Positions 14,084 through 27,240 are shown, counted from the first letter of the stretch. The stretch is 64,000 nucleotides of DNA from Octopus sinensis (GCF_006345805.1 NC_043004.1:21328001-21392000), one strand, 5' to 3'. Translations and numbers: made by a program. The notes: generated from the sequence alone by a model not told the origin.

Positions 14084-17000
14084 GCACCGCCCTTAACAGG
14101 TCGGGCGGATTTCTTTCGACGTCTAGAAGTATTCTTGGGAACGTCTCGTCCTTTACTCTTAGTGGGGGATTGGAATGCTACCTTGGACACGCATGTAGAC
14201 TACGTGGGTAGAGACAGAAACAGAAGGGGATGCAAATGCCTCAGAGACCTGCTCAGACGATTCCAACTGTCTGACAGGTACTGACTCGACCACCCAAATG
14301 CACCAACGTGGACATGGAGCAACCGCAGTGGGTCGTCGAGATCGTATCTAGATAGGATACTGTGTAGGACAGTAGACAAGGATAACTTAGGATGTCGACA
14401 ATTCCACACAGTCAGCTACACGGATCACAAATTGGTGACGTGTACGCTAGACTTAGATAAGGCACATAGACAGGGTCCTGGGTACTGGAAACTGAACGCA
14501 TCATTCCCGTCCAGACAAGTTTTCAGAGACCGGATTAGCACACTAGTAAAGAGGGCTTTGACGGGAGCCATCATCAACAACAAATGGTGGTTTGCCCTCA
14601 AGAGAGCAGTAAAAGCAGAAGCGATTAGGTACAGCAAAGCACTAGCCATAGATAGAAATAGAGTAGAGGGTGAGCTAGTTAAGAAGCTAGAAGAGGCAAT
14701 TAGAAGCGGCATCGCATCCGACGTTTTGGCGGCGAGGTTGGCCCTCGACCAACACTTCAACGCCAAACACGAAGGATGTGCTGTCAGGGCTAGGATGCGT
14801 GCTCTAAGGAACGAAGGTGTTGGAGCCGCGAGAGAGGCCCGGGTGGCAGAGGCGCAACAGGGCAACAAAGCCACCATTCGGTCACTGGTAGATGAACAGG
14901 GGCGCGAATTGCTCGAGCCAAGTAAAATGTGTGAAGCCTTTCAGCAGCATTTTGCCAGACTGTTCGGGACGAGTGGAGGGCAAGAACGTAGGGTAGACTT
15001 CAGTGCCTACCTACATAGCCTGCCACGACTCTCGACAAGAAAGGCAGGGTGCTGTGAAGGTGCCATCACGGCGGCGGAAGTGCGGGAAGCGATGGCAGAA
15101 TGCTCGAGGGACAAATCACCGGGTTTGGATGGTCTACCCTACGAATTTTACTATTGTATGCCAGACTTGTTTGGAGACGTCTTGGCAGCGGTATACTGCA
15201 ACTGGCAGCAAAACGGGAGCATACCCGGTTTTGTGAGTCGAGGAGCTGTAACTCTGCTGAAGAAAGATCCAAACAAGGGAAACATTATAGATAACTTTAG
15301 GCCAATCACTCTGCTCAATGCAGACCTGAAAATTTTGACAAGGTGTTAGCCAAGAGGTTGGCGCTTGTCATGGAGAAACTGGTCGACAACGCACAAACGT
15401 GCGCCGTGCCGGGCCGGAGCATCCATGACAACCTCCATCTGATGCGCTACATCATAGACAGGGTAGTTAACGAACCTGGCATGGGTGGGGCCTGATCAAC
15501 TTGGATCAATCGAAAGCCTTTGATAAGGTAGACCATCGATACTTGGAGGCAGTCCTGAGAGCGGCTGGTTTCGGTCCCGTCTTCCGCGGCTGGATAGCTG
15601 CCTTGTACAGAGGCATCCGTTCGGTAATTCGCGTAATGGACATCTATCGAGACCCTTCGACATTGCACGTTCGGTCCGTCAGGGATGCCCCCTCTCGGCG
15701 CTTCTATACGTATTGACTCTTGAGCCACTACTGCGGAAGCTGGCGACTCTGAGGGGCATCCCGCGAGAATTAGGATGCGGGACGAGCGTGTCTGCATATG
15801 CGGACGACGTCACCGTCATAGTGTCAAGCCACGAGCACATCGAGCGGGTCGGCGAGACACTGAAAGACTACGAAGCGGTGACAGGAGCAAAAATCAACCG
15901 GGAAAAGTCAGTGGGCTTGCGGCTCGGCACCTGGAGAAGCAAGCCCATGCCGTCCACCAGTACCTCCGGTGGGACGCTGGACAGACGGCCCGGTTGAGTT
16001 GCTCGGGGTCTGGTTCGGTCCGGACCTCCAAATGGAGAAGAACTGGAACGAGATAACGAGTAGGGTGGTCACTCTCGCCCAGCAATGGGCCGAGAGGAAA
16101 CTGTCCCTAAAAGGTCGGGCGGAGGTGGTGAACGGTACATCGCGTCCATCATCTACTACCGCCTGACCGTCGTACTTGTCCCGACCCTACCATCACCAAA
16201 CTAGAACGCATCCTCTTCCGCTTCTTGTGGAAAGGATGCGTCCCGATGGTCAGGCGATCCATTTGCTGTCAACACCCGTTAAAAGGAGGGCTGGGCATGC
16301 CGTGGTTGATGATGCGCAGACACGCGCTGAGACTGCGACATCTCCGGCTCTATGTAGACGACGGTGAACAGGTGTGGTCGCCGTTTGTGAGGCACGCATT
16401 CCCGCAACTCGTCTCCATGACCGAACTACAGTCGTGGATCAAAAAGAGGCCGAAGAAGGGCGAATGGCACCGCGAGTGTCGCGTTGCTCTCAAGCAACTC
16501 TGCGTCCCGGGTCGACCTTGAGTGACTTCAACACAACCAAAGCATTCTATAGGGGATTGGTGGAGGGGAGGTACGACGACGAGCTCGGGGCAAACCTGGG
16601 CGTCGACGAGGAATACCTGACCCGCCTGTTTCAAACGACTTTCGGCCCGGGACCTATGGACAACTTCCAGAGATCCCTGGCCTGGCGGTGCTACCGAGAA
16701 GCGCTACCCGTTCGGGATAAGCTCTATAGGCATGGCTCGAGAAACACGGGGCCGACCTGCCTGAGATGCGGGCAGAGCGATGAAACCGCTCTGCACGCAA
16801 TCGTGCAGTGTCCAGCAATTTCCCACCTGTGGGCTTATGTCGAACGACTGCTGTCACGTGTGGGACGTGTCGGTTTATCAGCCGAGTCTATCGTTAATAT
16901 CGTCACGCCTCCTTCCTTCAAACGGGAAGGAAGAGCTATTTTTATCATACTTGTGGCTATGGCGAAAGAATGTATCTGGTGGATGCGTCTGAAAGGATTA

Positions 17001-17545
17001 GAGACAAACACTTTCCTCTCTGGTCAATCTCTCATCAACTTCTTCAAGTATCACTTGAAGAAAAAAGTGAGAGTAGAGAGGCAAGTTTTGTCTAGTGAAT
17101 GTTTTAAAAAAAGATGGGTGAATGTAGCAAGGATGGCACGTATGATGACGAAGCCACCTTGACTATGATTCTATGAACCGTAAAAATTAATACAGAGAGT
17201 TGCTTATTTGCAAAAAAAAAAAAAAAAAGAAATATAACATGTGACTTCATTGACCGAGGTTACCGTGGTCTTTTCCATAGGCTTTTCTTTCCACGGGTAA
17301 ACCTCACCTGTCCTCCCCTTTACACTTCATATTGACATTTCTGTGATAACGATCCCTATTGATCAATTTTTTTTCCTCTCCCCCTTTTTTTAACCCCCCC
17401 TTTTTGTCTCTTTCTCTCCTTTTACGATCCCTTTTGATCGACCCCCCTTTTTATTTTATTTTTATTTAATTTTTTATTTTTTAAACCTTCAAAAAAAAAG
17501 CTCTACCTGTAATTTGTTCTATCTGTGTGCAGCCCTGTGTGGCTA
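14084..17545 (+). mobile_element. Tx1/L1-clade LINE, 5'-truncated (APE endonuclease, RT, CCHC knuckle, 3' UTR)
   Basis: LVGDWNA, SYLDRI, TDHKLV, PGYWKLN, KSPGLDGLP, FRPITLLN, DQSKAFDKVDH, QGCPLS (after frame repair), AYADDVT, GGLGMP and CLRCGQSDETALHAIVQC. Pyrimidine-rich 3' UTR ends aataaagaaaca. One in-frame TGA (14282) and about 7 single-base frameshifts. Confidence 0.95.
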
Positions 17546-17661
17546 ATAAAGAAACATATCTATCTATCTATCTATCTATCTGTTTGTCTATCTATCTATC
17601 TGTCTATCTGTCTATCAATTTATCTATCTATCTATCCATCTATCTATCTATCTATCTATCA

Positions 17662-17717
<56 letters not shown>

Positions 17718-17790
17718 GTCTATCTGTCTATCAATTTATCTATCTATCTATCTAGCTAGCTAGCTATCTATCCTTCTATCCATCCATCTA
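17546..17790. repeat. (TCTA)n array, 3' flank of Tx1
   Basis: Direct; degenerates into tctg/ccta variants. Confidence 0.95.
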
Positions 17791-17899
17791 TCTACCTACC
17801 TGTCTGTCTACCTGTCTGCCTGCCTGTCTGTCTGCCTGCTTACGTCTGTCTGTTCTTCCACCTATTTGTTATTATATGTACATGTATATGTATATGTCA

Positions 17900-18065
17900 T
17901 GTAAAAAGCACTCAGTTCGCTCTGTAAAGTGGCTGGCAGCTGTAAAATCCAAACCAAAACAGACAGTGTAGCTTGGTGCAGTCTTCTGAATAGCCAGCTG
18001 CTAGCAAACCATCCAGTCCATGCCAGCATGGAAAATGGATATTAAATGATGATGATAATGATAAT
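17900..18065 (+). mobile_element. Degenerate RTE 3' tail
   Basis: aaaagcact...ccatgccagcatggaaaatggatattaaatgatgat. Confidence 0.7.
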
Positions 18066-18120
18066 GTGTGTATGTATTGTATGTATGTATATATGTATGT
18101 ATGTATTGATATATATATCA

Positions 18121-18860
18121 AACAGATTGGCCCTGTAGGCTCCTTGATGTGGTGATGGGAACATTCAACAACCTAAATATCTCCGACCTCAGAGTTTAAT
18201 TTATTAGACACCTTAAAGAGGAGGTTGCCATCAATTCTTTTTGGTCTATACAGAGGTGACACTTTAGCTATCTCTAGAGGTGCTATTGGGCATATCCTGG
18301 ATAGGCGTAGGAAGGACATAATTAGAATCTTTAACTCGCCTGGTCTTAAGATTAAAATTGGGACCTGTCTTACCATTGTTAACTTCTTAAATATTTAGCT
18401 ACACCTGAGTACCTGTTCAGAACAAAACAAAATGAAGAAATATGCTAATGGCATACATTAGCACAGTCTCTTACCACTTAGCTATCAAGTTCAAGAACCT
18501 ACTGAAAAATGTCAATAAGAGAATTTTGAATCTTTCCTTGAGTAAAGAGATTTTTGATGCCTCAGATCCCTGTCACAAGATAGCTTTAATGGCCAGTGGG
18601 TTTAAGGACTGCATCACCTATATGCCAGCTCCTAACACCCACAAAAAGAAGCCCCACAGTAGGGTTGTTTGGTTTAACTCTATCCTCAAAACTCAACATC
18701 AAGACTTGCACAGGGAGGATATTCCTTAGATTAATGGATAAATGCTTCACATAGTCAAATAAATATGGGTGTTTGTTTGATAGACATCACTTAAGGGTCT
18801 CATTTTAGCTGTGAACCCGGCATTATAAAGAAATATTAGTGAACACATCTAAACCCCACG
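18121..18860 (+). mobile_element. Penelope-like element RT fragment
   Basis: FGLYRGDTLAI (GLYRDDGLA-like), DRRRKDIIRIF..GLKI, VNFL, IFDASDPCHKIALMASGF, SRVVWFN and LRVSFSC; starts right after a (TA)n run. Confidence 0.75.
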
Positions 18861-18954
18861 TAGAGGTTGGATTCTCATGCAGTGTTAGCAATGAATACCC
18901 AGTGGCGGAGGGGTAGTGCATTTCCAAAGTCATGGTCTATGAGGCTGAGATGGT

Positions 18955-19770
18955 GTCCAGCAGTAATAGCAGCATTGGCAACAGCAACAACAACAACAGC
19001 ACCAAGAATACATCCACTGGTAACAACAACAGAAGTAGCAATGGCAACAGCAGTGGTGGTGGCAGGCATCAACCCCAGCAGTATGTCAGTAGAAGCTACA
19101 ATGGCAGCAATGGCTACAACAGCACCAACAATGCATCCAACAGTTGCAGCAGTGGCAGAGATGGAGGCAACAACAGCAACAACAACATTATGTACAACAT
19201 TAACAACAACAACAGCAATGACACCAACAGCAACAACTGTGGAGGTGAAATGGCCCAGTGGTTAGGGCAGCAGACTTGCAGTCGGAGGATCATGGTTTTG
19301 ATTCCAAGACCGGGTGTTGTGTGTGTTTATTGAGCGAAAACACCTAAAGCTCCACGAGGCTCCAGCAGGGGCTGGTGGCAACCCCTGTTGTACTCTTTCG
19401 CCCCAACTTTCTCTCACTCTTTCTTCCTGTTTCTTGTCCCCGACCTCCTATGCAACTGCTGAGCCTGGATGCGCAGTCATTCATCTGTCGATGCTCTCGG
19501 TGTCGGGGGTTGACCTGCTTTCTCTTCTGCGGGTCTTACAAATAGCAAAGGACCACGTTTCGGACTTCTCCCATCTTGCGAGCTCTGGGACGAAGACCGT
19601 TCGCTCAACTGCAATAGCGACAACTATAACACCAACATTGAGTACAATATTAACAACAACAATGGGAGTGATACCAGCAGCAACATCAACAGCAACAGCT
19701 GCACCAGCAATGCATCTGGTAGTAACAACAGCAATGGCAGCAATAATAACAGCAACAACAACAGTTGGAA
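18955..19770. repeat. Degenerate (CAA/CAG)n low-complexity block, split by a SINE
   Basis: aacaacagca-type trinucleotide periodicity on both sides of 19241-19610. Confidence 0.8.
19241..19610 (+). mobile_element. tRNA-headed SINE, about 370 bp, single copy in window
   Basis: A-box tggcccagtgg and B-box-like ggttttgattcc; GC-richer body with sharp boundaries inside CAA repeats. Confidence 0.65.
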
Positions 19771-20136
19771 TACCACAAGTACAAGGGCACAGGCATGGAA
19801 ATATTTTGGAGCTACAGAGGGTCAATTCAAGCAATGTTTCAACAATGACAGGCCCTCTTTTAGCACACCAGAAAAGTGTAATATTACATCCTTAACCAGA
19901 TCACCATAGATCGATTACGCTAGATCTATGATTTTATCAACTACTGATTTTTGCCTTTCCACCCTTTCAGGGTCAATAAAGTAAGTACTGGTCAAGCACT
20001 TCATTTGAAGTAATCAATTGACGCCTTCCCCAAAAATTTCAGGCTCTGTAGAAGCGTTATTATTTTACCAGCTGTAGGCCCTATATGTCATTAAATATAT
20101 TGATAAACAATATTTTTAATAATTTTTATCTCATAT

Positions 20137-20525
20137 GCGCAGAAGTGGCTGTGTGATAAGTAGCTTGTTTACCAACCACATGGTTCCGGGTTCAGTCCCA
20201 CTGCGTGGCACCTTGTGAAAGTGTCTTCTACTATAGCCTTGGGCCGACCAGAGACTTGTGAGGGGATTTGGTAGACGGAAACTGAAAGAAGCTCATCGTA
20301 TATATGTATATATATATATATGCGTGTGTGTGTTTGTCCCCCTAGCATTGCTTGACAACAGATGCTGGTGTATTTATGTCCCCGTCACTTAGCGGTTCAG
20401 CAAAAGAGACCGATAGAATAAGTACTGGGCTTACAAAAGAATAAGTCCCGGGGTCGAGTTGCTCGATTAAAAGGTGGAGCTCCAGCATGGCCGCAGTCAA
20501 ATGACTGAAACAAGTAAAGAGTAAG
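20137..20525 (+). mobile_element. tRNA-headed SINE, family B (gtggctgtgtggtaagtagc head, internal TA/TG microsatellite, gtcaaatgactgaaacaagtaaaaga tail)
   Basis: Repeated at 26250-26635, 26835-27240 and 43385-43990 (minus) plus partial copies. Resembles described Octopus SINEs; family name not verified. Confidence 0.85.
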
Positions 20526-21232
20526 ATTATATGATGTAATTTTCATATCTTAAAAAAAAATACTTGAAATTTGAAAGGATACTTTTATAAATAGTGAAAT
20601 AAATGTAATTTAGAAGACATCCAATTAACCACATAATTATTATCTTTTGAATTTCTAATAGTTATTAAAGAATCTAGATGTTTATGTAATATCTAATTAT
20701 TTTCACCAAAGTTATCTTTTTCATACATTTACATAAAATATCACTAAAGCAATGTCAGGAACAAAATATTTTTTTGGTACTTATTCAAGAGCATAATTAC
20801 ATCAATGTAGAATCATGTTAATCATTTAAAAACACACATCAGCTGTTACATTAAATTTACATAAATTACTTAAATGTCAAAAACTTGCTGCTTTCCTGTG
20901 ATTGGGTCACTGACAAAAATCTACAGTATCCAGTGGAAGTCAGCTGATAAATAAGTACAACTTCAAAATCTTTATAATTATTACTATTAGATAAAAATTC
21001 TTTCTAGTCTAGGCACAAGGCCAACAATTTTGGGGAAGGAAGCAAGTTGACTACATCAACCCCAGTGCTCAACTGGTACTTATCTTATCAACCCCAAAAG
21101 GATGAAAAGCAAAGTCAACCTCAATGGATTTTGAACTCAGAAAGTAAACCCAGAAGAAATACTGCAAATCATTTTGTTGGGCTTGGTAACAACTCTGCCT
21201 GCTCAGCACATTATTATTATTAGATAATTAAA

Positions 21233-21728
21233 TCTTTATATATAAAAGTCAAGTTGTGTGTCTGTCTCCTATGATTTAGATTCCTAACTACTCCCACATT
21301 TTGTGGTGCAGTTTAACCAAAACCGGGTATCTTATAGTCGTGATTCATATCGAGCCCTTCTGGGAATTAGCGCACGTCTACGATGAGTCTACGATTTAAA
21401 AAAAATTTACCATCATTTTTTTCCATTTTAATGTATTTTTTTCGCTATTATATAAGGGAAGTAATTCTCTAAAAATGTCTACGATCAGTCAACGATTTAA
21501 AAAAAAATTTACCATCATTTTTTTCCATTTTAATGCATTTTTTTCGCTATTATATAAGGGAAGTAACTCTAAAAATGTCTACGATGAGTCTACGATTTAA
21601 AAAAAAATTACCATCATTTTTTTCCATTTTTAATGCATTTTTTTGCTATTTTTTGGCTATAACTCTCTAAAAATGCTTATATAGTTATTTCCCTTACAAA
21701 CCCGAGCAACGTCGGGCGATACTGCTAC
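21233..21728 (+). mobile_element. Non-autonomous Helitron with internal ~100-bp tandem repeat
   Basis: 5' A|TC start, subterminal hairpin cccga-gcaacg-tcggg (21701-21716), 3' CTAC|T (CTAG-like); repeat units start near 21377, 21477 and 21577. Confidence 0.75.
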
Positions 21729-22018
21729 TAAGATATATAATTACTAAAACAGCCTTATTATCCTATCAGATAATCATATCAGTAAGGCAGTGAGCTGGCA
21801 GGATTGTTAGAGCATCAGTTAAAATGTTTCATGGCATATCTTCGAATTCTATGTTCTGAGTTAAAACACTACTGGAATCAACATTACCATTATGCTTCTG
21901 GGATTGATATTTACAAAGCTCTAGTCTAGTACTGAGTTTGATGTAATCAAGTAACTCACTTCCAGGAAAAGGGATGACTTTGTGCCCAAATAAGAAGCCG
22001 TTATTGAATAGGTTATTG

Positions 22019-22245
22019 TTAACACTTTAGCATTTAAGCTGATCATATCCAACCCAAATATTCTAGCAATTTTATGTTCAAACTGGACAGGTTTAACCTC
22101 TAACGCTTCTCTACAATATCATTCTGAAAATAAGCAATCACATCACTGAAATCTCGAAGCTACAAAATATTGCAAGATTAATTCAAAACAACGTGAATAA
22201 AGAAGCATTACATTTGACAGTGTGAAATGAATTCTAAAGGATTAA
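22019..22245. mobile_element. piggyBac-type MITE
   Basis: TTAA at both ends; imperfect ccctttagcatt/aatgctaaaggg TIRs; homologous to 28961-29190. Confidence 0.7.
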
Positions 22246-23176
22246 AAATAAAAATAAAATAGAAATTAACGTGTGTGTGTGTGTGTGTGTGATTGTGTTA
22301 AATAATTCTACCATGGTTCAAATCACGTGAATTCAGTTCATATATTTGGGTCCCAACATATGAATCCTGTTTGAATATCAGAGTCCTGACATGTGAACAT
22401 TTAAATTTCAACAGAGGAACTCATTTAAAATCCTTTACTATAAAATTATACAAATATGAAAGTATATATTAGAGTAACAGCAATTAATGCCAACAAAATA
22501 ATTGCCAGTCATAATGGGCCTCTATGAACTATGCTCTTCTGACAGATAATAATTTGGGGCCCAATCCCACACCAACCTAAATAGAACAGCAGCCAAGTCT
22601 TTCATCAATTTTACTTTGCCATGGGAAAAAACAACATGCATTCAATGAAACAGAATATTAACCACTGGATCCCAAAATGAGCACTCACTTGTTTGAGCAG
22701 CTGAATTCTTACTTGTGAAATTAATGTTTAAGTGACTGAGTATTCCATAGACATGAATACCTTTGATTTTGACATTCAGGTCAAATCTGTGATGTAGTGA
22801 CGACACTGGAACTTTGAATTACAATCCAGATAGAGATGACTGTGTGTGTGAGAGAGAGAGAGAGAGTGAGAGAGAGGCAAGAGAAGGAGAGGGGGAGAGA
22901 TAATAGAGAGGGGAGAGGGGGAAAGAGAGAATGGGGAGAAGGAGAGAGAGAGAAAGGGTAGAGAAAGTGACCCCAGGATTGGACTATTTTATTTACTAAC
23001 TTTGAGAGGTTGGTAATCAAAATTGACTTTAATATGATTTAAACTTAGTGTTCAGAGAGTCAGAATGAATAGGGGAGGATATTCTATTTGAAGCTCTAAA
23101 TATTCTGCAAAATCCCTGATGGTCTGGGGTTTACAGTGCTTGAAGAATGATGAGACAGTTACAGCTTGAATGTCTT

Positions 23177-24627
23177 TATGAAGGTCAACTGAAAAGTTCA
23201 TAGGCTGATCAGGAGACTCTGTGACCAAATGAGGTTTTTTTTCCAACATAGACGCCTATCTGATCCAGACACTTCTTCCATTAGTGTTGTAGTACTTGGA
23301 ACCCATCAGTGAAGAAGCTTTCATCCTCTTGGTCAAAAAAAGTCATCAACAGCACATATGACATCATAATTACTGTGATACTCATTTCCAGCCAAGTATT
23401 TTCTCATATTGCAGAACAAATAATATTCAGATGGGGCCAAATCAAGAGAATAGTGTGTATGTAAGGCAGCAAGCTGGCAGAAATGTTAGCATGCCGGGCG
23501 AAATGCATAGCAGTATTTCATCTGCTGCTACGTTCTGAGTTCAAATTCCGCCAAGGTCGACTTTGTCTTACATCCTTTCAGGGTTGATAAAATAAAAACC
23601 AGTTACACACTGGGGTCGATATAATCGACTTAATCCGTTTGTCTGTCCTTCTTTGTCCCCTCTGTGTGTAGCCCCTTGTGGGCAGTAAAGAAATAAGAAT
23701 AGTGAGTATGTGTGTGTGTGTATGTGTGGATCAACTAGGTCAAGGACACAGTCATACACAGCAGCCATTGAAACCACGAACTTGTGTGCTTGAGCATTGT
23801 CCTGATGAAACAAAACCCCTTTTGTTAGTTTTCCTGGACATCTGGTCTTGATAGCCTTTTGTAACTGTCTCAGCAAGTTGGCATAATACATTGTTGATAG
23901 TGTGGCCCTTTTGAAGATAGTTAATAAACACAGTCCCTTTTACTTCTCAAAAAACTGAAGACAACTCCTTCCTTGCAGATGAAACAAACTTGGCCTTCTT
24001 TGGAGCAAGTAAAGAAGGGGAGTTTCCACTGCATGGATTGTCTCTTTGTCTCTGACTCAAAATGATAACAACATCACTCGTCTTGGCTTAGGAAACATTC
24101 AAGGAAACCAGCTGGATCTGCATCAGACAATGTCAGATTTTCCTCATGAGGTGATCAGCCTGGTGTGCTTTTGATCAGGTGTCAGAAGACGTGGCACTCA
24201 CTGTGCAGAAACCTTTAACCTGCTAATTTCACTGTGCTGAATATTCTCAAATTGCTCGTGGGATATGCTAATAGTACTGGTTATTTAATTTATAGTCAAC
24301 CACCTGTCATCCACTACCACGTGGTGCTACCCACTTTTGTAATTTTGATAAATCTGGAGTGTCATTCTCTGATGTAGTAACCTTGTTAACATAAATGTCC
24401 TTTTTCTGCCAGTTTGTGATAACACAATGCTGCCAAATTTTGTCCATTTTCAAAAGAATTTGTTTCTAGTTACCTTTGAAGTTTACTTTAAACAGTCAGA
24501 TGTCATTTCACCTGGAAAGAAATAATACAGTTATTACTAAAGAGAGATGAAATTAATGCATGCAAAATTTCAAAGCTCTAGCATCACTCTTTCATAGTAA
24601 GCCTATGAACTTTACTGCTCACTCTTA
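23177..24627 (-). mobile_element. Degenerate near-full-length mariner (DD34D) transposon, interrupted by a SINE
   Basis: TIRs (aaaagttcataggct near 23192 and its inverse near 24599), TA ends, WVPRLLT-like region, GVLFHQDNAQAH, YSLDLAPSEYYLF and WKKCLDQIGVYV. Confidence 0.85.
23463..23695 (+). mobile_element. SINE family A with 16-bp target-site duplication
   Basis: TSD agaatagtgtgtatgt (23447-23462) and agaatagtgagtatgt (23696-23711). Confidence 0.9.
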
Positions 24628-26249
24628 TATCAATCAGGTTTGACCTGGGGCTAAAAGTCATAAAATGGAGACACCACAATTTAGATAGAATATTCCAGCA
24701 TTGTCATCGTTGGAACATTTTTGATCATATATATTTTCAACCGGGGTTGATTTCTGGATTAACAGCAACAACAAAAAATATTTTTATATACAGCATAGTT
24801 TACTAAATTCTCCTTATTTCATTGAGCCAGTGTGATTTTAGCTCTTTGGTAGCCACTTTTGTTGTAATTTACAATATGGATGCACATAAGATCCATAATT
24901 ATTCATTTAAGATGCTGTGGTGAAGAAGAAAAATTACTGCACCCATAGTTAATATATCTATCAAGAGTTGATGTGGTAGTTTATACAAACACACACACAT
25001 ACATACATACATACATACATACATACATACATACATACATACATACATACATACATACATACATGCATACATACGTACGTACATACATACATACATATGT
25101 ACGTATGTACATACATACATACATACATACACAGACATACACAGACACACACAGACACATACATATGCAAACATGCATTCATGCCTGCATGCAGAAAAAC
25201 AGTCTAAGACATGATTTACGAGATAATGGAACTGGAAAGTTACTCTTTTCCTCTTCAAAACATTGACCGAAGTAATTTCTTTGCATTTTTTTCTTTATGG
25301 AGAATCAACAATGCCATGCCAATTGCTAAGCAGATGCACTGGACAGTACTTTCCTGTCACTATTCAATGGTGCACCCACAGATTTAGAAACTACAGTTTG
25401 CAAAAATCTTCCCACAATACATTTCTGGAAGCCTAACTAATGTTTTTCAAACTTCTTTTCTTAAACCAGAATGAGAAATAATTCTAAAACATTAAACCAG
25501 ATGAACTAAAGAGACTGGTCGTAAATTCCCCAGGGAAATAATAAAATAGAGGTAGAAGTGATACTGAATGAAAGACAAAAAAAAAAAAACAAAAAAAAAA
25601 CGGAAACGACAATAATAAAAGACAAACACACACACTCACATTTCTTCATCTTAGTTTATTTTATCAATATTGCTTCTGATACTATCTGCACAAACAGTTC
25701 TTCATCTAACCTAAACCCTAACTTTATATCCTAACCTTAAACTTATACCATGACCTTAAAACCTTAAGCCGTACAGGTTACAACTTGATGCATCATTTGA
25801 AACAGAGGAGAGTTGATGAGGCAAAATTGGAAAGCATTTCTGTGTAATCAACATTCCTAATGTTTGAAGCAGTTCTGAAAGAATGTTTGTAAAAGGTCAA
25901 AGGTCAAAAGTGAAAATGTTTTGGCCTGCGATATATGTGGGGGAGGAGTAAGGTGAAGCTTAGGGGATGAAGGGCTTAAAATGTAAAAATTTTGCAAAAT
26001 TATTTTTACAGGTTTGCAATCAATCATTAAAACAAATTGATTTATCATAATTTTCAAAGTACGGACAGTCTGAATCTGTCATTTATTTCTGTGTATAATT
26101 TCAAAATGATTTTTGAAATCTTTCAAAGGCCAAATTCAAAAAGTTTTAAAAAACTCACATGCACATGTCCTATTATCGATTGTGGATCAAAGCACACCAT
26201 GTAACCAGTCATAACTGTTTTTGGTTCTTGGTATTTATTCTCTCTTCTT

Positions 26250-26635
26250 TTATTCTTTTACTTGTTTCACTTATTTAACTGCAGCCATGCTGGAGCACTG
26301 CCTTTAGTCCAGCAAATTGATCCCAGGACATATTTCTTTGTAAGCCTAGTACTTATTCTATCAGTCTCTTTTGCCGAACCCTCTAAGTTACAGGGACGTA
26401 AACACACAATCATTGATTGTCAGGCGATGTTGGGGAGAAAAACATAGACACACACACACACATATATATATATATACATACAACAGGCTTCTTTCAGTTT
26501 CCATCTACCAAATCCACTCACAAGGCTTTGGTCACCCTGAGGCTATAGTAGACGATATTCGCCCAAGGTGCCACACAGTGTGACTGAACCCTTAATCATA
26601 TGGTTGGTAAGCAAGCTACTTACCACACAGCCACT
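26250..26635 (-). mobile_element. SINE family B
   Basis: Reverse complement of the 20137-20525 family. Confidence 0.85.
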
Positions 26636-26834
26636 TCTGAATTTTTGGGAATTTTCATGATACAAACTCTAACTTGTTAGATTATGTCAAGAAATTTTTT
26701 GAGATTAAAGTTTTTTCATCCACCTCTCATAAATCCTTACAGATGCTCAAATTAGACTTAACCCATATCAGTCACTGTTTTGGCGAGCCTAAGATTGCTG
26801 GGATTTATCCACAGGGATTTAAAAAATATATACT

Positions 26835-27240
26835 CTTTTACTCTTTTACTTGTTTCAGTAATTTAATGTAGCCATGCTGGAGTACCACCTTTATTCGAGC
26901 AAATCGACCCCAGGACTTATTCTTTGTAAGCCTAGTACTTATTCTATCGGTCTCTTTTGCCAAACCGCTAAGTTACGGGGACGTAAATACAACAGCATCG
27001 CTTGTCAAACAATGTTAGGGGGACAAACACAGACACACAAACGTATACACACACATACATATATATACATATACATATATACGACGGGCTTCTTTCAGTT
27101 TCCGTCTACCAAATCCACTCACAAGGCTTTGGTCAGCCTGAGGCTATAGTAGAAGATGCTTGCCCAAGGTGCCACGCAGTGGGACTGAATCCAGAATCAT
27201 GTGATCAGTAAGCAAGCTACTTACCACACAGCCACTCCTA
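26835..27240 (-). mobile_element. SINE family B
   Basis: Reverse complement of the 20137-20525 family. Confidence 0.85.

Noticed and set aside
19241-19320. Possible tRNA gene (also the SINE heads at 2829, 20137 and 23463)
   Set aside because: No complete cloverleaf, and each continues into a SINE body.
18867-19895. Overlapping Asn/Ser/Thr-rich ORFs resembling a prion-like domain
   Set aside because: They are open in several frames on both strands because of CAA/CAG periodicity, are split by a SINE, and have no recognisable domain or clear splice context.
25705-25765. Interstitial telomere-like repeats
   Set aside because: Too short and degenerate for a (TTAGGG)n remnant; more likely internal to a repeat element.
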